Shown: positions 8,109 through 21,531 of the stretch, one piece after another
How positions within the stretch are numbered: the stretch's first letter is position 1
Layout of the letters: the number at the start of each line of letters is the position of its first letter
Origin: Coprobacillaceae bacterium
GTDB lineage: Bacteria > Bacillota_I > Bacilli_A > Erysipelotrichales > Coprobacillaceae
DNA length: 32,000 bases
NCBI GenBank assembly: GCA_963675915.1
Contig: OY780959.1
Location: forward strand, 1,500,001 to 1,532,000
Direction of reading: 5' to 3'
Translations under genes and position numbers: made by a program
The notes under the pieces: model-generated
Told to the model about the DNA's origin: nothing
Database searches by the model: none
What the model saw: only the letters and a program-made list of their open reading frames with translations

Positions 8109-10298
8109 TCAAATCTTGATAAAATGCAATTGTTGAGCCGGGTAATCGCCGGTTGTTGCCGGGAATACATATCCCCCGTACATCAATGCGGCACCGGTAT
8201 ATTTTTCGTCGGTTCCTTCAACTTGATACCAGCTGTTCTCATCCAGACCTTTAAGGCGGACACAAGCCAGTTCCGAGTTGGCATAGACATCTGTCATTAC
8301 CATATTCAACAGAGCTTCACCTTGGTCAGGTGCCACGAACTGCCACGCCTCATAGAAGTCGTGACTGCCTTGGCTGGTAAGTCTGTAATATGTACCTTTT
8401 TGAATCAGCCAGTAATATTTCTTGAAATCAGCAACTTGAAGCTTGATTTCTTCTTTTTGAGCGTCTGATAGTTTGCTCAAATCTAGCTCGTATCCGAAAG
8501 TTCCTGACATCGCTACGACTCCACGGGTTTTCAATGAAGTTGTCCGTCCAGTCTGATGATTAGGAGCTGCCGAAACATGACTTCCCATGGTGCTGATTGG
8601 ATACCCGTATGAGGTCCCCTTTTGGATACTCAGTCGGGCGATTGGATCAGTATTATCCGAAGTCCAGATTTGTGGAGAATAGTATAGCATTCCCGCATCG
8701 AACCTTCCCCCGCCACCAGCGCATCCTTCAATCATCATCTCAGGGTAACGTTTGGTCAGCCTTTCGAGCAACGAGTATGTTCCCAGAATGAAGCGGTGAG
8801 CTGTCTCACCTTGTTCTTCTTTTGGAGCTGCATTTGAATATACGTTTGCCAATGCTCGGTTGAAGTCCCATTTCACATACGAAATGTTTGCTCCATCGAG
8901 GATCTTGGTCATACAGTCAAAGAGATAGTCCTGTACATCCGGATTGGACATATCCAGCACCAACTGGTTACGGGATAAAATCGGCTTGCGGCCAGGATCC
9001 TGCAGTGCCCATTCAGGATGTGCTTCATACAGTTTTGATACTTCATTGACCATTTCAGGTTCGAACCAAAGCCCGAACTTCAGACCTAACGCATTTACTT
9101 CATCGGCGATTCTTTTCAATCCGCCAGGAAGTTTTTCTTCATTGACAAACCAGTCACCCAAACCGGCATTGTCGGCATTACGCTCACCGAACCAACCGTC
9201 ATCAAGCACCAGCATTTCAATTCCAAGCTCTTTGGCTTCTTGGGCAAGACCGATGATCTTGTCGGTATCAAAATCAAAATAAGTCGCTTCCCAGTTATTG
9301 ATCAGAATCGGTCTTCTCACATCGCGGAATTTTTCCGGACAGACATTTTCCCTGATCAAACGGTGATAATTGTCACTCAAACTGTTGAGACCGTCCTTGC
9401 TGTAAGTAAGAATGACCTCGGGAGCCACAAAACCAGCTTCCGGCTCGAGGTTCCAGCTGAAGTTTTCATCATGGATTCCCATCACCACTCGGGTATTGCC
9501 ACCTTGATCAACTTCAATTTGAGTTTTATGGTTTCCTGAGTACATCAACATGAAACCATAACAATCTCCATAATCTTCGGTCGCTTTAGGATCGCAAAGA
9601 ATTATGAATGGATTATGATGATGACTGCTCATTCCTCTTCTTGAAGCAATTGTATGGATATCGTAGCCCAAAGCCACCCGTTCGATTGTCCGTTCCATAC
9701 AATGTTTTCCATAGAAATGAATCAGGTCATATTTTGTATTCATCAAGTCAACACAGACCGAAGCCGCTTTTTCCAGTTTGACTGGAGCCACTCCGACATT
9801 GCGGATCTCAACGGATCTGGTAATGATGTCTTTGTCTGCGAAAACTCCGTATGACAATGTGATTTCAATATTGGCAATATTGTCAGCCAATTTCACCTCG
9901 AGGGTATCACAGTCACCGCTGTTTTCCCGTACTGCCGGTAATCCTTCAAGGGAATATTTGCCCTTCTTGATGACATGACTGACATAACGGAAGTCCACAC
10001 TGTTGCTGCCGTCGCTTCCAACCAAAGCAATATTGGTGATTCTATAATCACCGATTCCAGCTCCACTGTATTCTTGAGGAACCAGATCCATCGAATGGGC
10101 GTTTTGATCAACTTCGTACGGAGTTCCGGAGAACGAACGTTCCACGCCATAGGCATAATAACCCATGTCCATATCTCCGACCTTGCGACCATAGTATAAA
10201 TGGCGAAGGATTCCGATGTTGTCAATTTTCATCTGATAAACACTGCCTTTGGTTTCCAGATGGAACAACTTGTTTGTATTGTCGTATTTTATACTCAT
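8109..10298 (-). CDS. Alpha-galactosidase, glycoside hydrolase family 36
   Basis: 729 aa. The N-terminus ...LFHLETKGSVYQMKIDNIGILRHLYYG, the catalytic-core segments INNWEATYFDF, LVLDDGWFG and YVKWDFNR, and the overall size are typical of GH36 AgaA/RafA enzymes. AGGAG lies 6 nt upstream of the ATG. Confidence 0.92.
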   Translation of the reverse strand: MSIKYDNTNKLFHLETKGSVYQMKIDNIGILRHLYYGRKVGDMDMGYYAYGVERSFSGTPYEVDQNAHSMDLVPQEYSGAGIGDYRITNIALVGSDGSNSVDFRYVSHVIKKGKYSLEGLPAVRENSGDCDTLEVKLADNIANIEITLSYGVFADKDIITRSVEIRNVGVAPVKLEKAASVCVDLMNTKYDLIHFYGKHCMERTIERVALGYDIHTIASRRGMSSHHHNPFIILCDPKATEDYGDCYGFMLMYSGNHKTQIEVDQGGNTRVVMGIHDENFSWNLEPEAGFVAPEVILTYSKDGLNSLSDNYHRLIRENVCPEKFRDVRRPILINNWEATYFDFDTDKIIGLAQEAKELGIEMLVLDDGWFGERNADNAGLGDWFVNEEKLPGGLKRIADEVNALGLKFGLWFEPEMVNEVSKLYEAHPEWALQDPGRKPILSRNQLVLDMSNPDVQDYLFDCMTKILDGANISYVKWDFNRALANVYSNAAPKEEQGETAHRFILGTYSLLERLTKRYPEMMIEGCAGGGGRFDAGMLYYSPQIWTSDNTDPIARLSIQKGTSYGYPISTMGSHVSAAPNHQTGRTTSLKTRGVVAMSGTFGYELDLSKLSDAQKEEIKLQVADFKKYYWLIQKGTYYRLTSQGSHDFYEAWQFVAPDQGEALLNMVMTDVYANSELACVRLKGLDENSWYQVEGTDEKYTGAALMYGGYVFPATTGDYPAQQLHFIKI

Positions 10299-10318
10299 AT
10301 TAGACTCCTGCTATTGGC

Positions 10319-11158
10319 TTAAAGTTTCCCACCAGATGTAGCAATTCCTTCGACGAACTGCTTTTGGAAAATCAGGTAGATTATCAACATTGGAATAACT
10401 GCCATGACCGCTCCGGCCATCAGCTGTGGATAATTGCTCGAGAATTGCCCTTGCAATTTTGCCAATGCTGCCGCTAATGTTGTTGCTGATGATTTTGTAG
10501 CAACGATCATCGGCCACATCATATCCTTGTAGGCAAACAAGGCAGTGAAGATTCCCAACGAAACCATTGAAGATCGAGCCAGCGGCATCATGATCAGATA
10601 GAATCTCTGCCAGATGTTGCAACCATCGATTTCAGCGGCCTCTTCAAGTTCCTTTGGCAAGGTCTGATAACCCTGCTTGAGCAGATAGGTACCAAATGCA
10701 GTTACCATCCCCGGGAATACCAGGGCAAATTGAGTATTTAGCATACCCAAACCGGATACCATCAGATATTGAGGAATAATGAAAATCTGAGCCGGTACCA
10801 TCATTTGGATCAGAATCAGTGAGAACACCAATTTTTTTCCCGGGAAATTTAATCTTCCAAGAGCATAACCGGCCATTGTCGCAGTCAGGCATGCCAAGAT
10901 AACCCTGAACAGAATCATCAACAAAGTATTGATGTATAAAGTCAGGAAATTGTAAGAATTCCAGACATTGGTGAAATTCTCATAATGCCATCCATCGGAT
11001 GGTAAGATATAGAAGGGATCGACAGAAATTGTCTGACCTCTAGTTTTAAAAGCTGTAAGAACCATCCATACGAATGGAACCATCATGATAATTGCACCAA
11101 TTATCAACACGGCGTGAACCACTGCCCGTGTTATTCTGGTTTTTGTCTGATAACCCAT
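10319..11158 (-). CDS. Carbohydrate ABC transporter permease (MsmG-like)
   Basis: 279 aa and polytopic, with the EAA loop LEEAAEIDGCNIWQRFYLIMMPL. Confidence 0.85.
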   Translation of the reverse strand: MGYQTKTRITRAVVHAVLIIGAIIMMVPFVWMVLTAFKTRGQTISVDPFYILPSDGWHYENFTNVWNSYNFLTLYINTLLMILFRVILACLTATMAGYALGRLNFPGKKLVFSLILIQMMVPAQIFIIPQYLMVSGLGMLNTQFALVFPGMVTAFGTYLLKQGYQTLPKELEEAAEIDGCNIWQRFYLIMMPLARSSMVSLGIFTALFAYKDMMWPMIVATKSSATTLAAALAKLQGQFSSNYPQLMAGAVMAVIPMLIIYLIFQKQFVEGIATSGGKL

Positions 11159-11175
11159 TTTTTACCTCCTTGTTT

Positions 11176-12063
11176 CTAATTATAGAAAACCCATTTTTTC
11201 TCAAGTTTTTGGATAGCGAAGGTAATTATTGAAATAACAACCAGCATCAAGATAACGATGGCAGCCCCGTATCCCCGATTTGAGTTCACAAATGAATGTT
11301 CATAGAATAAATATGTTATTGGTTTTACCGAATAGAATGCCCGACTTGTCGTATCCATGATCATGAATGGCAAATCGAATAATTGCAACGCTCCGATAAT
11401 CCCGGTTTGAATGATGAAAAACAGCATCGGTGACAGCATCGGAATTGTAATATGGAAAAACGAATGAATTCCCGAAGCTCCATCGATAGTAGCCGCTTCA
11501 TAGTAGTCACGAGGAATATCCTGAAGACCACCAAGCAAGAGCACCATGTTGTAGCCAATCCCGCTCCAGATTCCGACAATAGCCACACAGATCCAAGCAA
11601 TATTTGGATTAGTGACCCATCCGATGTTAGTGTTGAAGACATGGTTCAACAGACCGAAGTCCATGTTATACATCCAACGCCAAACCATCGCCACCGCAGC
11701 CGGTGCACAGATCATCGGCAGGAAGTAAATTGTACGATAAATTGTCCGCCCATTCATTTTGCGGTTTAGCAATACTGCCAGAACCAATGATAAGGCAATT
11801 CCCACCGGTACAGTCAAGATCGCATATTTGAAGGTGTTGAGCATTGACTGCCACACTTCCGGATCCTTTACGACTTCAATATAGTTCCCCATACCGATAA
11901 ACACGTTCCCGATTCCAAAATCTCCTGTTTTACATAATGACAGGTAAATTGTCTGGAAAATCGGGTAAAAGTTCAATATCAGCAAACCGATCAAGGTTGG
12001 AGTGATCATAATCAGACCCCATTTGGCCTCGGCTTTCTGTTTTCTAGTTTTGTTCTTCCACAT
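11176..12063 (-). CDS. Carbohydrate ABC transporter permease (MsmF-like)
   Basis: 295 aa and polytopic, with the EAA loop YEAATIDGASGIHSFFHITIPML. Confidence 0.85.
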   Translation of the reverse strand: MWKNKTRKQKAEAKWGLIMITPTLIGLLILNFYPIFQTIYLSLCKTGDFGIGNVFIGMGNYIEVVKDPEVWQSMLNTFKYAILTVPVGIALSLVLAVLLNRKMNGRTIYRTIYFLPMICAPAAVAMVWRWMYNMDFGLLNHVFNTNIGWVTNPNIAWICVAIVGIWSGIGYNMVLLLGGLQDIPRDYYEAATIDGASGIHSFFHITIPMLSPMLFFIIQTGIIGALQLFDLPFMIMDTTSRAFYSVKPITYLFYEHSFVNSNRGYGAAIVILMLVVISIITFAIQKLEKKWVFYN

Positions 12064-12096
12064 ATAAAATCCTTTCTCAATTTTGATAAATCATCA

Positions 12097-12124
12097 AAGT
12101 GAGATGATTGTAGCCATCCCACTT
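12097..12124 (-). other. Intercistronic stem-loop between the SBP gene and the first permease gene
   Basis: The arms are 12097-12106 and 12115-12124. In the minus-strand RNA they form 10 bp including one G-U pair; on the plus strand the same position is an A-C mismatch. No U-tract follows, so this looks like a stabiliser or processing element rather than a terminator. Confidence 0.4.
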
Positions 12125-12149
12125 CGATAATTCATCTAACTGATTTCAA

Positions 12150-13427
12150 TTATTCGTCAGCAATTGTCGCATTCATTTCTGCTGCGATTTGCTTACATAC
12201 TTCTGTCATTGTAGACGGATTGTTCCATGCATCGATTAATGAATCAGTCATGGCATTTTCCCATCTACCTGTGTATTTAGTGTAAGGTCTGAATACCAGA
12301 GTACCATCTTCAGCTACATCAGAGAATGCTGATAAATCCATACCTGGGAATGCTTGAGTCCAAGGATGAGAATATCCTTCGATAGCTGCCATTGTAACAC
12401 CTAATTCAGATTGTTGTTGTTGTCCATCTTTAGAAGTGAACGCCGAAACAAGTCCCCAAGCCGCATCTGGATTAGGACTGTCTTTATAGATTGACCAACC
12501 TAAACCGTTGTAAATTGAAACTCTTTCTGTTTTTTCAGCTTGACCGTTTCCATTTACATCAGCATATGGAATTTCAACCCATGCCAGATCATCTTTGTTA
12601 TCGGCATTGTAGTAAGAATTTACCATCCAAGAACCATCTAAGTACATTCCGATTTTTCCTGATACTAACATTGTGTCTCCACCAGTGTTAGCCATTGAAT
12701 CTTGAGATGGACAAGCTGGTAAGATTTCATCAGCAACGAATTCCATTGCTTTTAAAGTGTTTGGATCATCAAATCCAGATTTAGTTCTGTCAGCTGAAAT
12801 GATTGATCCTCCGAATGAGTAAACCACATTGTACCAACCACTTTGGTTAGAACCGTTGTTCATGTAAGTTCCGAATACTCCATCATCAGCACCTTTGTCA
12901 GTGATTTCCTGAGCGATGTCAGCGAACTCTTGCCAAGTCCAATCACTTGTTGGATAATCAACATCATATTTGTCGAATACCGCTTTATTGTAAACTACTG
13001 CAATTGTGTCATGGTCTTTAGGCATTGCGAATTGAACACCTTCATTGTTGTATAACTCAGTGATTCCTGGATAGTAATCATCAAGATTAATTTGATCATC
13101 GTTAGCGATGTAATCATTCATGTTTAATAATACGTCTGCTTCTGCATACATTTGTGAATATGCACTGTGCATCCAGAATACATCAGGTAATTCCCCACCT
13201 GAAACTCCGGCTTCCAGCATAGTCCAATAACTACCCCAGTCCAGTACTTGGAATTCAACATCAACTCCTGAGTCTTCACTCCATTCATCTGCGATTGTTT
13301 GTAAACCTGCCAATTGGTTATTATCCCACAGGGCTACTGTAATTGAGTCATCGCTAGATCCGCTACAACCAGTCAGCAGCGATGTACTCATTCCAAAACT
13401 CAATAGTAAAGCTAATACTTTTTTCAT
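12150..13427 (-). CDS. Sugar ABC transporter substrate-binding lipoprotein (MsmE-like)
   Basis: 425 aa with a signal peptide and lipobox (MKKVLALLLSFGMSTSLLTGCSG). The length and composition fit a family-1 extracellular solute-binding protein. Confidence 0.85.
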   Translation of the reverse strand: MKKVLALLLSFGMSTSLLTGCSGSSDDSITVALWDNNQLAGLQTIADEWSEDSGVDVEFQVLDWGSYWTMLEAGVSGGELPDVFWMHSAYSQMYAEADVLLNMNDYIANDDQINLDDYYPGITELYNNEGVQFAMPKDHDTIAVVYNKAVFDKYDVDYPTSDWTWQEFADIAQEITDKGADDGVFGTYMNNGSNQSGWYNVVYSFGGSIISADRTKSGFDDPNTLKAMEFVADEILPACPSQDSMANTGGDTMLVSGKIGMYLDGSWMVNSYYNADNKDDLAWVEIPYADVNGNGQAEKTERVSIYNGLGWSIYKDSPNPDAAWGLVSAFTSKDGQQQQSELGVTMAAIEGYSHPWTQAFPGMDLSAFSDVAEDGTLVFRPYTKYTGRWENAMTDSLIDAWNNPSTMTEVCKQIAAEMNATIADE

Positions 13428-13522
13428 TTGTTTCTCTCCTTCTTATAAGTATTTACGCCATTGTCAAATATTGCCATTTCAGTGATAAGACCATTTTAAT
13501 CACCTTAGGAAACATCCGCTAA

Positions 13523-13540
13523 TGTGAAAGCGCTTTTACA
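13523..13540. promoter_or_regulatory. Candidate cre (CcpA) site just downstream of the -10 of the SBP-operon promoter
   Basis: TGTGAAAGCGCTTTTACA. The core TGAAAGCGCTTTTA matches TGWNANCGNTNWCA with one mismatch. A candidate -10, TATAAT, lies on the minus strand at 13552-13547. Confidence 0.55.
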
Positions 13541-13580
13541 TTTTCAATTATATAAATACCGCAACAATTAAACAATATGG

Positions 13581-13610
13581 TTTTGTTTGCTAAAGTTGTC
13601 CAAATGTTAG
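13581..13610 (-). promoter_or_regulatory. Composite motif TTTTGTT-N11-TCCAAATGTTAG (plus-strand reading) upstream of the SBP operon; candidate activator site
   Basis: All 19 specified nucleotides and the N11 spacing recur upstream of gtfA (16414-16443). The motif lies 46 nt from the -10 here and 45 nt there. Further TCCAAATGT-type copies are at 13725-13733 and, degenerate and inverted, at 13627-13638. Confidence 0.55.
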
Positions 13611-13802
13611 TTGATTCAGTGTTACCAAACACTTGGACACCTCTATCAAACAGCAGTGCATATAAAAAGGCCCATAGATTCATGCTATTTTATCGCTTTA
13701 ATGACAAAAAAATTAAAAAAAACATCCAAATGTACTAACTGGTGTTGGCATATGCCCTGAAACCCAACTTTGTAAGCAGGAGCATATCAATTTTTAGGAC
13801 AC

Positions 13803-13841
13803 AAAAAAAGATGACCTGACTGTCATATTGTTCAGGTCATC
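13803..13841 (-). terminator. Rho-independent terminator after the AraC-family regulator gene
   Basis: Arms GATGACCTGA (13810-13819) and TCAGGTCATC (13832-13841). The A-run at 13803-13809 gives a 7-U tail on the minus strand. Confidence 0.7.
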
Positions 13842-13876
13842 CTTTTGATTAAATTAGTATTCTTGCCCTATCCCGA

Positions 13877-14752
13877 TTATCTGGTTTTAAGATTTTTCTC
13901 TTCATTGTACGAGATCTTCATCTTGGATTTTTCCAATCCATGGCGTTTTCGATACTCCCGCGGGCCAATGCCATATAGATTGCGAAAAGCCTTGGAGAAA
14001 GACATATGGCTGGCATAGCCGCAAGAATAAGCGATATAATTGATCGGCAAATCGGTATTGATCAAAAAATCCTCAGCCTGGCGCAAGCGATAGTTTTTCA
14101 AAAACTCTTGGGGGGTCTGTTTGAGATGTTTCTTGAACAGGGTTGACAGGTAACTTCGGTTAAGACCGATAAAATCCGCAATGCTCTGGATTGTCACCTC
14201 GTTCTGGTAATTGTTCTGAATATATTCAATCGTCTTTTGGACATAAGTATTGTCATTTTCGCTTTCGGTGCTGTAAGGAATGTTCGAGCTTTTGGCAATA
14301 TGCGACAAGAAAACGAACAGTTTCCCCTGGATATACATCTCATTACTGTAACTTAGTTTGTAATGAGCCAGAATATCAATCATGATCCTCCGGATTTCAT
14401 CGACGTCGCCGACATGGGCAACCAAACGGTCCTTGTCAAGGTTGCATCTTTTTAGATACAGGTCGGCCTTGTTGCCGTCAAAACCAACCCAGGCATAAGT
14501 CCAGGGATCATTTTCATCTGCCTGATAAAATGTCACTTCACCTGGGAGGATCAAAAACACATCCCCCCGTTTGATTTCGTAAACTTTGTTGTTGTAATGA
14601 TACTTGCCCTTACCCGACAAGCAGTAATGAATCAAATAATTGTCCCTGATCGCCGGACCATAAGAATAATTAGGCGCACACTCTTCCATCCCACAGTATT
14701 TAAGATACAAATCTTCGAACAAGCGGTCTTCAATTTCCAAATACGAATACAT
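13877..14752 (-). CDS. AraC-family transcriptional regulator (MsmR/RafR-like; cupin sugar-binding domain plus a double HTH)
   Basis: 291 aa. The C-terminus ...IQSIADFIGLNRSYLSTLFKKHLKQTPQEFLKNYRLRQAEDFL...IAYSCGYASHMSFSKAFRNLYGIGPREYRKR is a canonical AraC HTH. Confidence 0.85.
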   Translation of the reverse strand: MYSYLEIEDRLFEDLYLKYCGMEECAPNYSYGPAIRDNYLIHYCLSGKGKYHYNNKVYEIKRGDVFLILPGEVTFYQADENDPWTYAWVGFDGNKADLYLKRCNLDKDRLVAHVGDVDEIRRIMIDILAHYKLSYSNEMYIQGKLFVFLSHIAKSSNIPYSTESENDNTYVQKTIEYIQNNYQNEVTIQSIADFIGLNRSYLSTLFKKHLKQTPQEFLKNYRLRQAEDFLINTDLPINYIAYSCGYASHMSFSKAFRNLYGIGPREYRKRHGLEKSKMKISYNEEKNLKTR

Positions 14753-14828
14753 TTACGTTCTCCTTTCATATCGATACTCCAGGATAGTTGATTTGGCTAC
14801 CATCCTTCTGCTTAAAGCAAAAGCCGTC

Positions 14829-16307
14829 CTAAGCGTCAATACTCAGATCAACCTTTGATTCAGTTCCGTTCTCTTTTACTGTAATATCAAATGCATAAGT
14901 TGTCAAATCAGCTTCCAAGATCGCTGTTGCCTGTGAACCGACTCTTGTAATGGTCAGTTTGTCACCATTGGACTCGCAAGTACATTCACCGTCAAAGGCT
15001 CCACATTCATTTCTGAAAATCATCAGATTTTTCAATTGTTGAACAACCGGACGTTTCATGTTTTCATCAATTTCCTCAACACTGTAATAATGACGGTTGA
15101 TATTTCTACCTTCTTTGGTACTTTCCAACAGATCAAGATCATTTTCTCCAACCATCATCCCGACATAATATACTTGAGGGATACCAGGTGCAAAGAATTG
15201 GATTGCCCGAGCCAGCAGATAAGCATCATCATCATTACCTAATGCAGAATAGTAAGTACAATTGATTTGGTAAATGTCAAGATTGTTGTATTCCTCGGAG
15301 CTGTATTTCTTTTTGACATTTGCTCCTTTGGTGTAAAGCATTTCTTTGGTCAAGTCGATTTCCTCAGGTGTCAGCAGGTCAACTACGTCGACCACCCCGA
15401 TACCATCATGAGTGTCCAGGGTTGTCATCTGTTTACGAGGGCAGATATCCAACCAGTTTTTCAGTTTGGCTCCGGTATGGCTGTATAATGCATGAAGCAC
15501 CAGCATTGGCAAAGCAAAGTCATAAACCCAGAAACCTTTATCAGCTATCTTCATTTGAATTGTATAATGTTCATGGATTTCCGGCAAGATATCAACCCCA
15601 TATTTTTCAGTGGTTTTTTCGATATCATAAAGCAAATCCCACATTTCCGGTTCCACGAAGAAACAGCTGGTATCAGCTTTTTTGACTGCATAAGCAAATG
15701 CATCCAATCTGATCATGCTTGCTCCCTTTTCACACATGTCGGTTAAAGTCCCGTGAATGAAATCCTGAGCGATTTTTTTATCGACATCAAGGTCAATCTG
15801 TTCTTCCCCGAAGGTACACCAGATTTTTTCAGTTGTTCCGTCAGCAAACTCCAGATCGACATATGGTGCTTTAGGTTTTCTTTTGTAGATTTTGTCAACT
15901 TGTTCGGGAGTCGGCTCACCGTTTTCCCAGAAGTCCTTATATCTGATAAACAAATCCTTGTATGGTGAATTATCCTTGTTCATTTGGAAATCAAGGTAAT
16001 ATGGAGAATGAGCTGAAATATGATTTACCATGAAATCATACATCAAACCATATTTCTTTCCGATTCTTTCCAAATCATCAAAAGTTCCGAACTTCTCATC
16101 AACAACATCATAACGCATCGGTGCGAAACCGCGGTCGGCTGAAGATGGGAAGAAAGGCAGGATATGGACATTTCCAATTGCTCCTTGATAGTACTTATCA
16201 AGCACTTGCTCCATTTCCTCAAAATTATTACCTAAACTATCACCGTATGTGATCAGCATTACTTCATTTTTCAAATCATATTCCTCCAATGTATTTTCAT
16301 TATCCAT
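14829..16307 (-). CDS. gtfA: Sucrose phosphorylase (GH13_18)
   Basis: Near-colinear match to known sucrose phosphorylases: VMLITYGDSLG, HILPFFPSSADRGFAP, MYDFMVNHIS, IRLDAFAYAVKK, LPEIHEH, TLDTHDGIGVVD, NLDIYQINCTYYSALGNDD, EGRNINRHYY. The 16436 start in the ORF track is an unsupported extension. ATG 16307 has no SD. The in-frame TTG at 16274 (MKNEVMLITY) has GGAGGA 7 nt upstream and may be the true start. Confidence 0.9.
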   Translation of the reverse strand: MDNENTLEEYDLKNEVMLITYGDSLGNNFEEMEQVLDKYYQGAIGNVHILPFFPSSADRGFAPMRYDVVDEKFGTFDDLERIGKKYGLMYDFMVNHISAHSPYYLDFQMNKDNSPYKDLFIRYKDFWENGEPTPEQVDKIYKRKPKAPYVDLEFADGTTEKIWCTFGEEQIDLDVDKKIAQDFIHGTLTDMCEKGASMIRLDAFAYAVKKADTSCFFVEPEMWDLLYDIEKTTEKYGVDILPEIHEHYTIQMKIADKGFWVYDFALPMLVLHALYSHTGAKLKNWLDICPRKQMTTLDTHDGIGVVDVVDLLTPEEIDLTKEMLYTKGANVKKKYSSEEYNNLDIYQINCTYYSALGNDDDAYLLARAIQFFAPGIPQVYYVGMMVGENDLDLLESTKEGRNINRHYYSVEEIDENMKRPVVQQLKNLMIFRNECGAFDGECTCESNGDKLTITRVGSQATAILEADLTTYAFDITVKENGTESKVDLSIDA

Positions 16308-16361
16308 AAAAAGCTTAATAATATTGTTTTTACGAATCCAGCACCAAATCCCACATTTGGA

Positions 16362-16375
16362 TGTAAGCGCTCTTA
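16362..16375. promoter_or_regulatory. Candidate cre (CcpA) site downstream of the gtfA -10
   Basis: TGTAAGCGCTCTTA matches TGWNANCGNTNWCA with one mismatch. The minus-strand -10 TATAAT is at 16386-16381. Confidence 0.6.
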
Positions 16376-16413
16376 ATAATATTATAGCTATTCCCCTAAT
16401 ATTGGCTATACTA

Positions 16414-16456
16414 TTTTGTTGGGAATATATATCCAAATGTTAGAATGTTTGGATAT
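16414..16456 (-). promoter_or_regulatory. Composite motif TTTTGTT-N11-TCCAAATGTTAG plus a 9-bp-arm palindrome upstream of gtfA; candidate activator site
   Basis: TTTTGTT is at 16414-16420 and TCCAAATGTTAG at 16432-16443. The palindrome is ATATCCAAA (16429-16437), N10, TTTGGATAT (16448-16456). An inverted TCCAAATGT copy at 16353-16361 abuts the cre site. Confidence 0.55.
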
Positions 16457-16551
16457 CGATGGGATTTTACCCTGATTTGAAGTTGTTTTTTTAGAATTGG
16501 ACCCTGACTGATATTAGATACAAACGGTCATTTCCTGTTTTTCGGGTAAAC

Positions 16552-16574
16552 AAAAAGAGGAACTTTCGTTCCTC
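16552..16574 (-). terminator. Rho-independent terminator of the rRNA operon
   Basis: Arms GAGGAAC (16557-16563) and GTTCCTC (16568-16574) flank a 4-nt loop. A 5-U tail follows on the minus strand (A-run 16552-16556). Confidence 0.7.
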
Positions 16575-16583
16575 CTTGCTAAA

Positions 16584-16690
16584 CTGGCAACTTGCTATTG
16601 TCACGCTAACGCACTATCTTCGCCGTTATGATGCTTAACTTCTGTGTTCGAGATGGGTACAGGTGTGTCCATCATGCCATCGTTACCAGA
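16584..16690 (-). rRNA. rrf: 5S ribosomal RNA (about 107 nt; ends +/- a few nt)
   Basis: The reverse complement TCTGGTAACGATGGC...CCCATCTCGAACACAGAAGTTAAGC...GTTGCCAG has the conserved 5S loop sequence. The termini CUGGUAAC and GUUGCCAG pair to form helix I. Confidence 0.85.
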
Positions 16691-16755
16691 TTATCGAGTT
16701 TTCCTTAGATCACTCAAAACTAGATAATAATCGACTTTGTTGTCTTTGTCCAATT

Positions 16756-19654
<2,899 letters not shown>

Positions 19655-19821
19655 TATTGGTGTTTGATTAAACTTTTACTGTTGTAAAATTTTAGTTTTT
19701 TCTTAGTTTTTTTCGACTTTTTCTAGAAAGACCACATAAATTAATTAATTAAATCTATCTGGTTATAAATTTTGGAAATTTTCATTTCCTCGATCTCTTT
19801 TCTATCTTTCGATTATTATCC

Positions 19822-19833
19822 AGTTTTCAATGA
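19822..19833 (-). promoter_or_regulatory. BoxA-like antitermination element in the 16S-23S spacer
   Basis: The minus-strand TCATTGAAAACT is identical to the 12-mer in the 16S leader (21542-21553). It resembles the Bacillus rrn boxA (TTCTTTGAAAACT). Confidence 0.4.
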
Positions 19834-19858
19834 TCTTTGAGTAAATCTCAGTTCACTC

Positions 19859-19874
19859 AAAACTAAACAGAATT
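19859..19874 (-). other. 3' half of the 16S processing stem
   Basis: The 16 nt at 19859-19874 are a perfect reverse complement of 21532-21547, and the two segments flank the 16S gene. This is the expected RNase III processing helix. Confidence 0.55.
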
Positions 19875-19928
19875 TCTTAACAACACTTCTTGTTTTTGTT
19901 CAACCGGGGTGGTTGAACGGTTCTCCTT

Positions 19929-21453
<1,525 letters not shown>

Positions 21454-21531
21454 TGTTTATTGTACAAACAATTGTGTTTGTTTAGCTCTTAATTTACTTT
21501 ATATTCCTTAAGAATATTGACGTGTGTTTTT

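Noticed and set aside
13577-13738. A 53-codon plus-strand ORF (MVLFAKVVQMLVDSVLPNTWTPLSNSS...) in the 450-nt gap between the SBP gene and the AraC gene.
   Set aside because: It has no Shine-Dalgarno sequence, runs opposite to every neighbour, has low-complexity AT-rich codons, and spans the regulator-box copies. It is most likely a chance frame in a promoter region.
16308-16436. A 43-codon N-terminal extension of the sucrose phosphorylase ORF (track start 16436).
   Set aside because: The extension (MDIYSQQNSIANIRGIAIILLRALTSKCGIWCW...) has no counterpart in sucrose phosphorylases. It also overlaps the candidate -10, the cre site and the regulator boxes. Homologues begin a few residues before VMLITY, so the start is ATG 16307 or, better supported by an SD, TTG 16274.
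19655-19928. Looked for tRNA-Ile or tRNA-Ala genes in the 16S-23S spacer, and for tRNAs after the 5S (16437-16583).
   Set aside because: I saw no GGTTCGAATCC-type T-arm or acceptor-stem pairing. The spacer is AT-rich, with only processing-stem and boxA-like elements.
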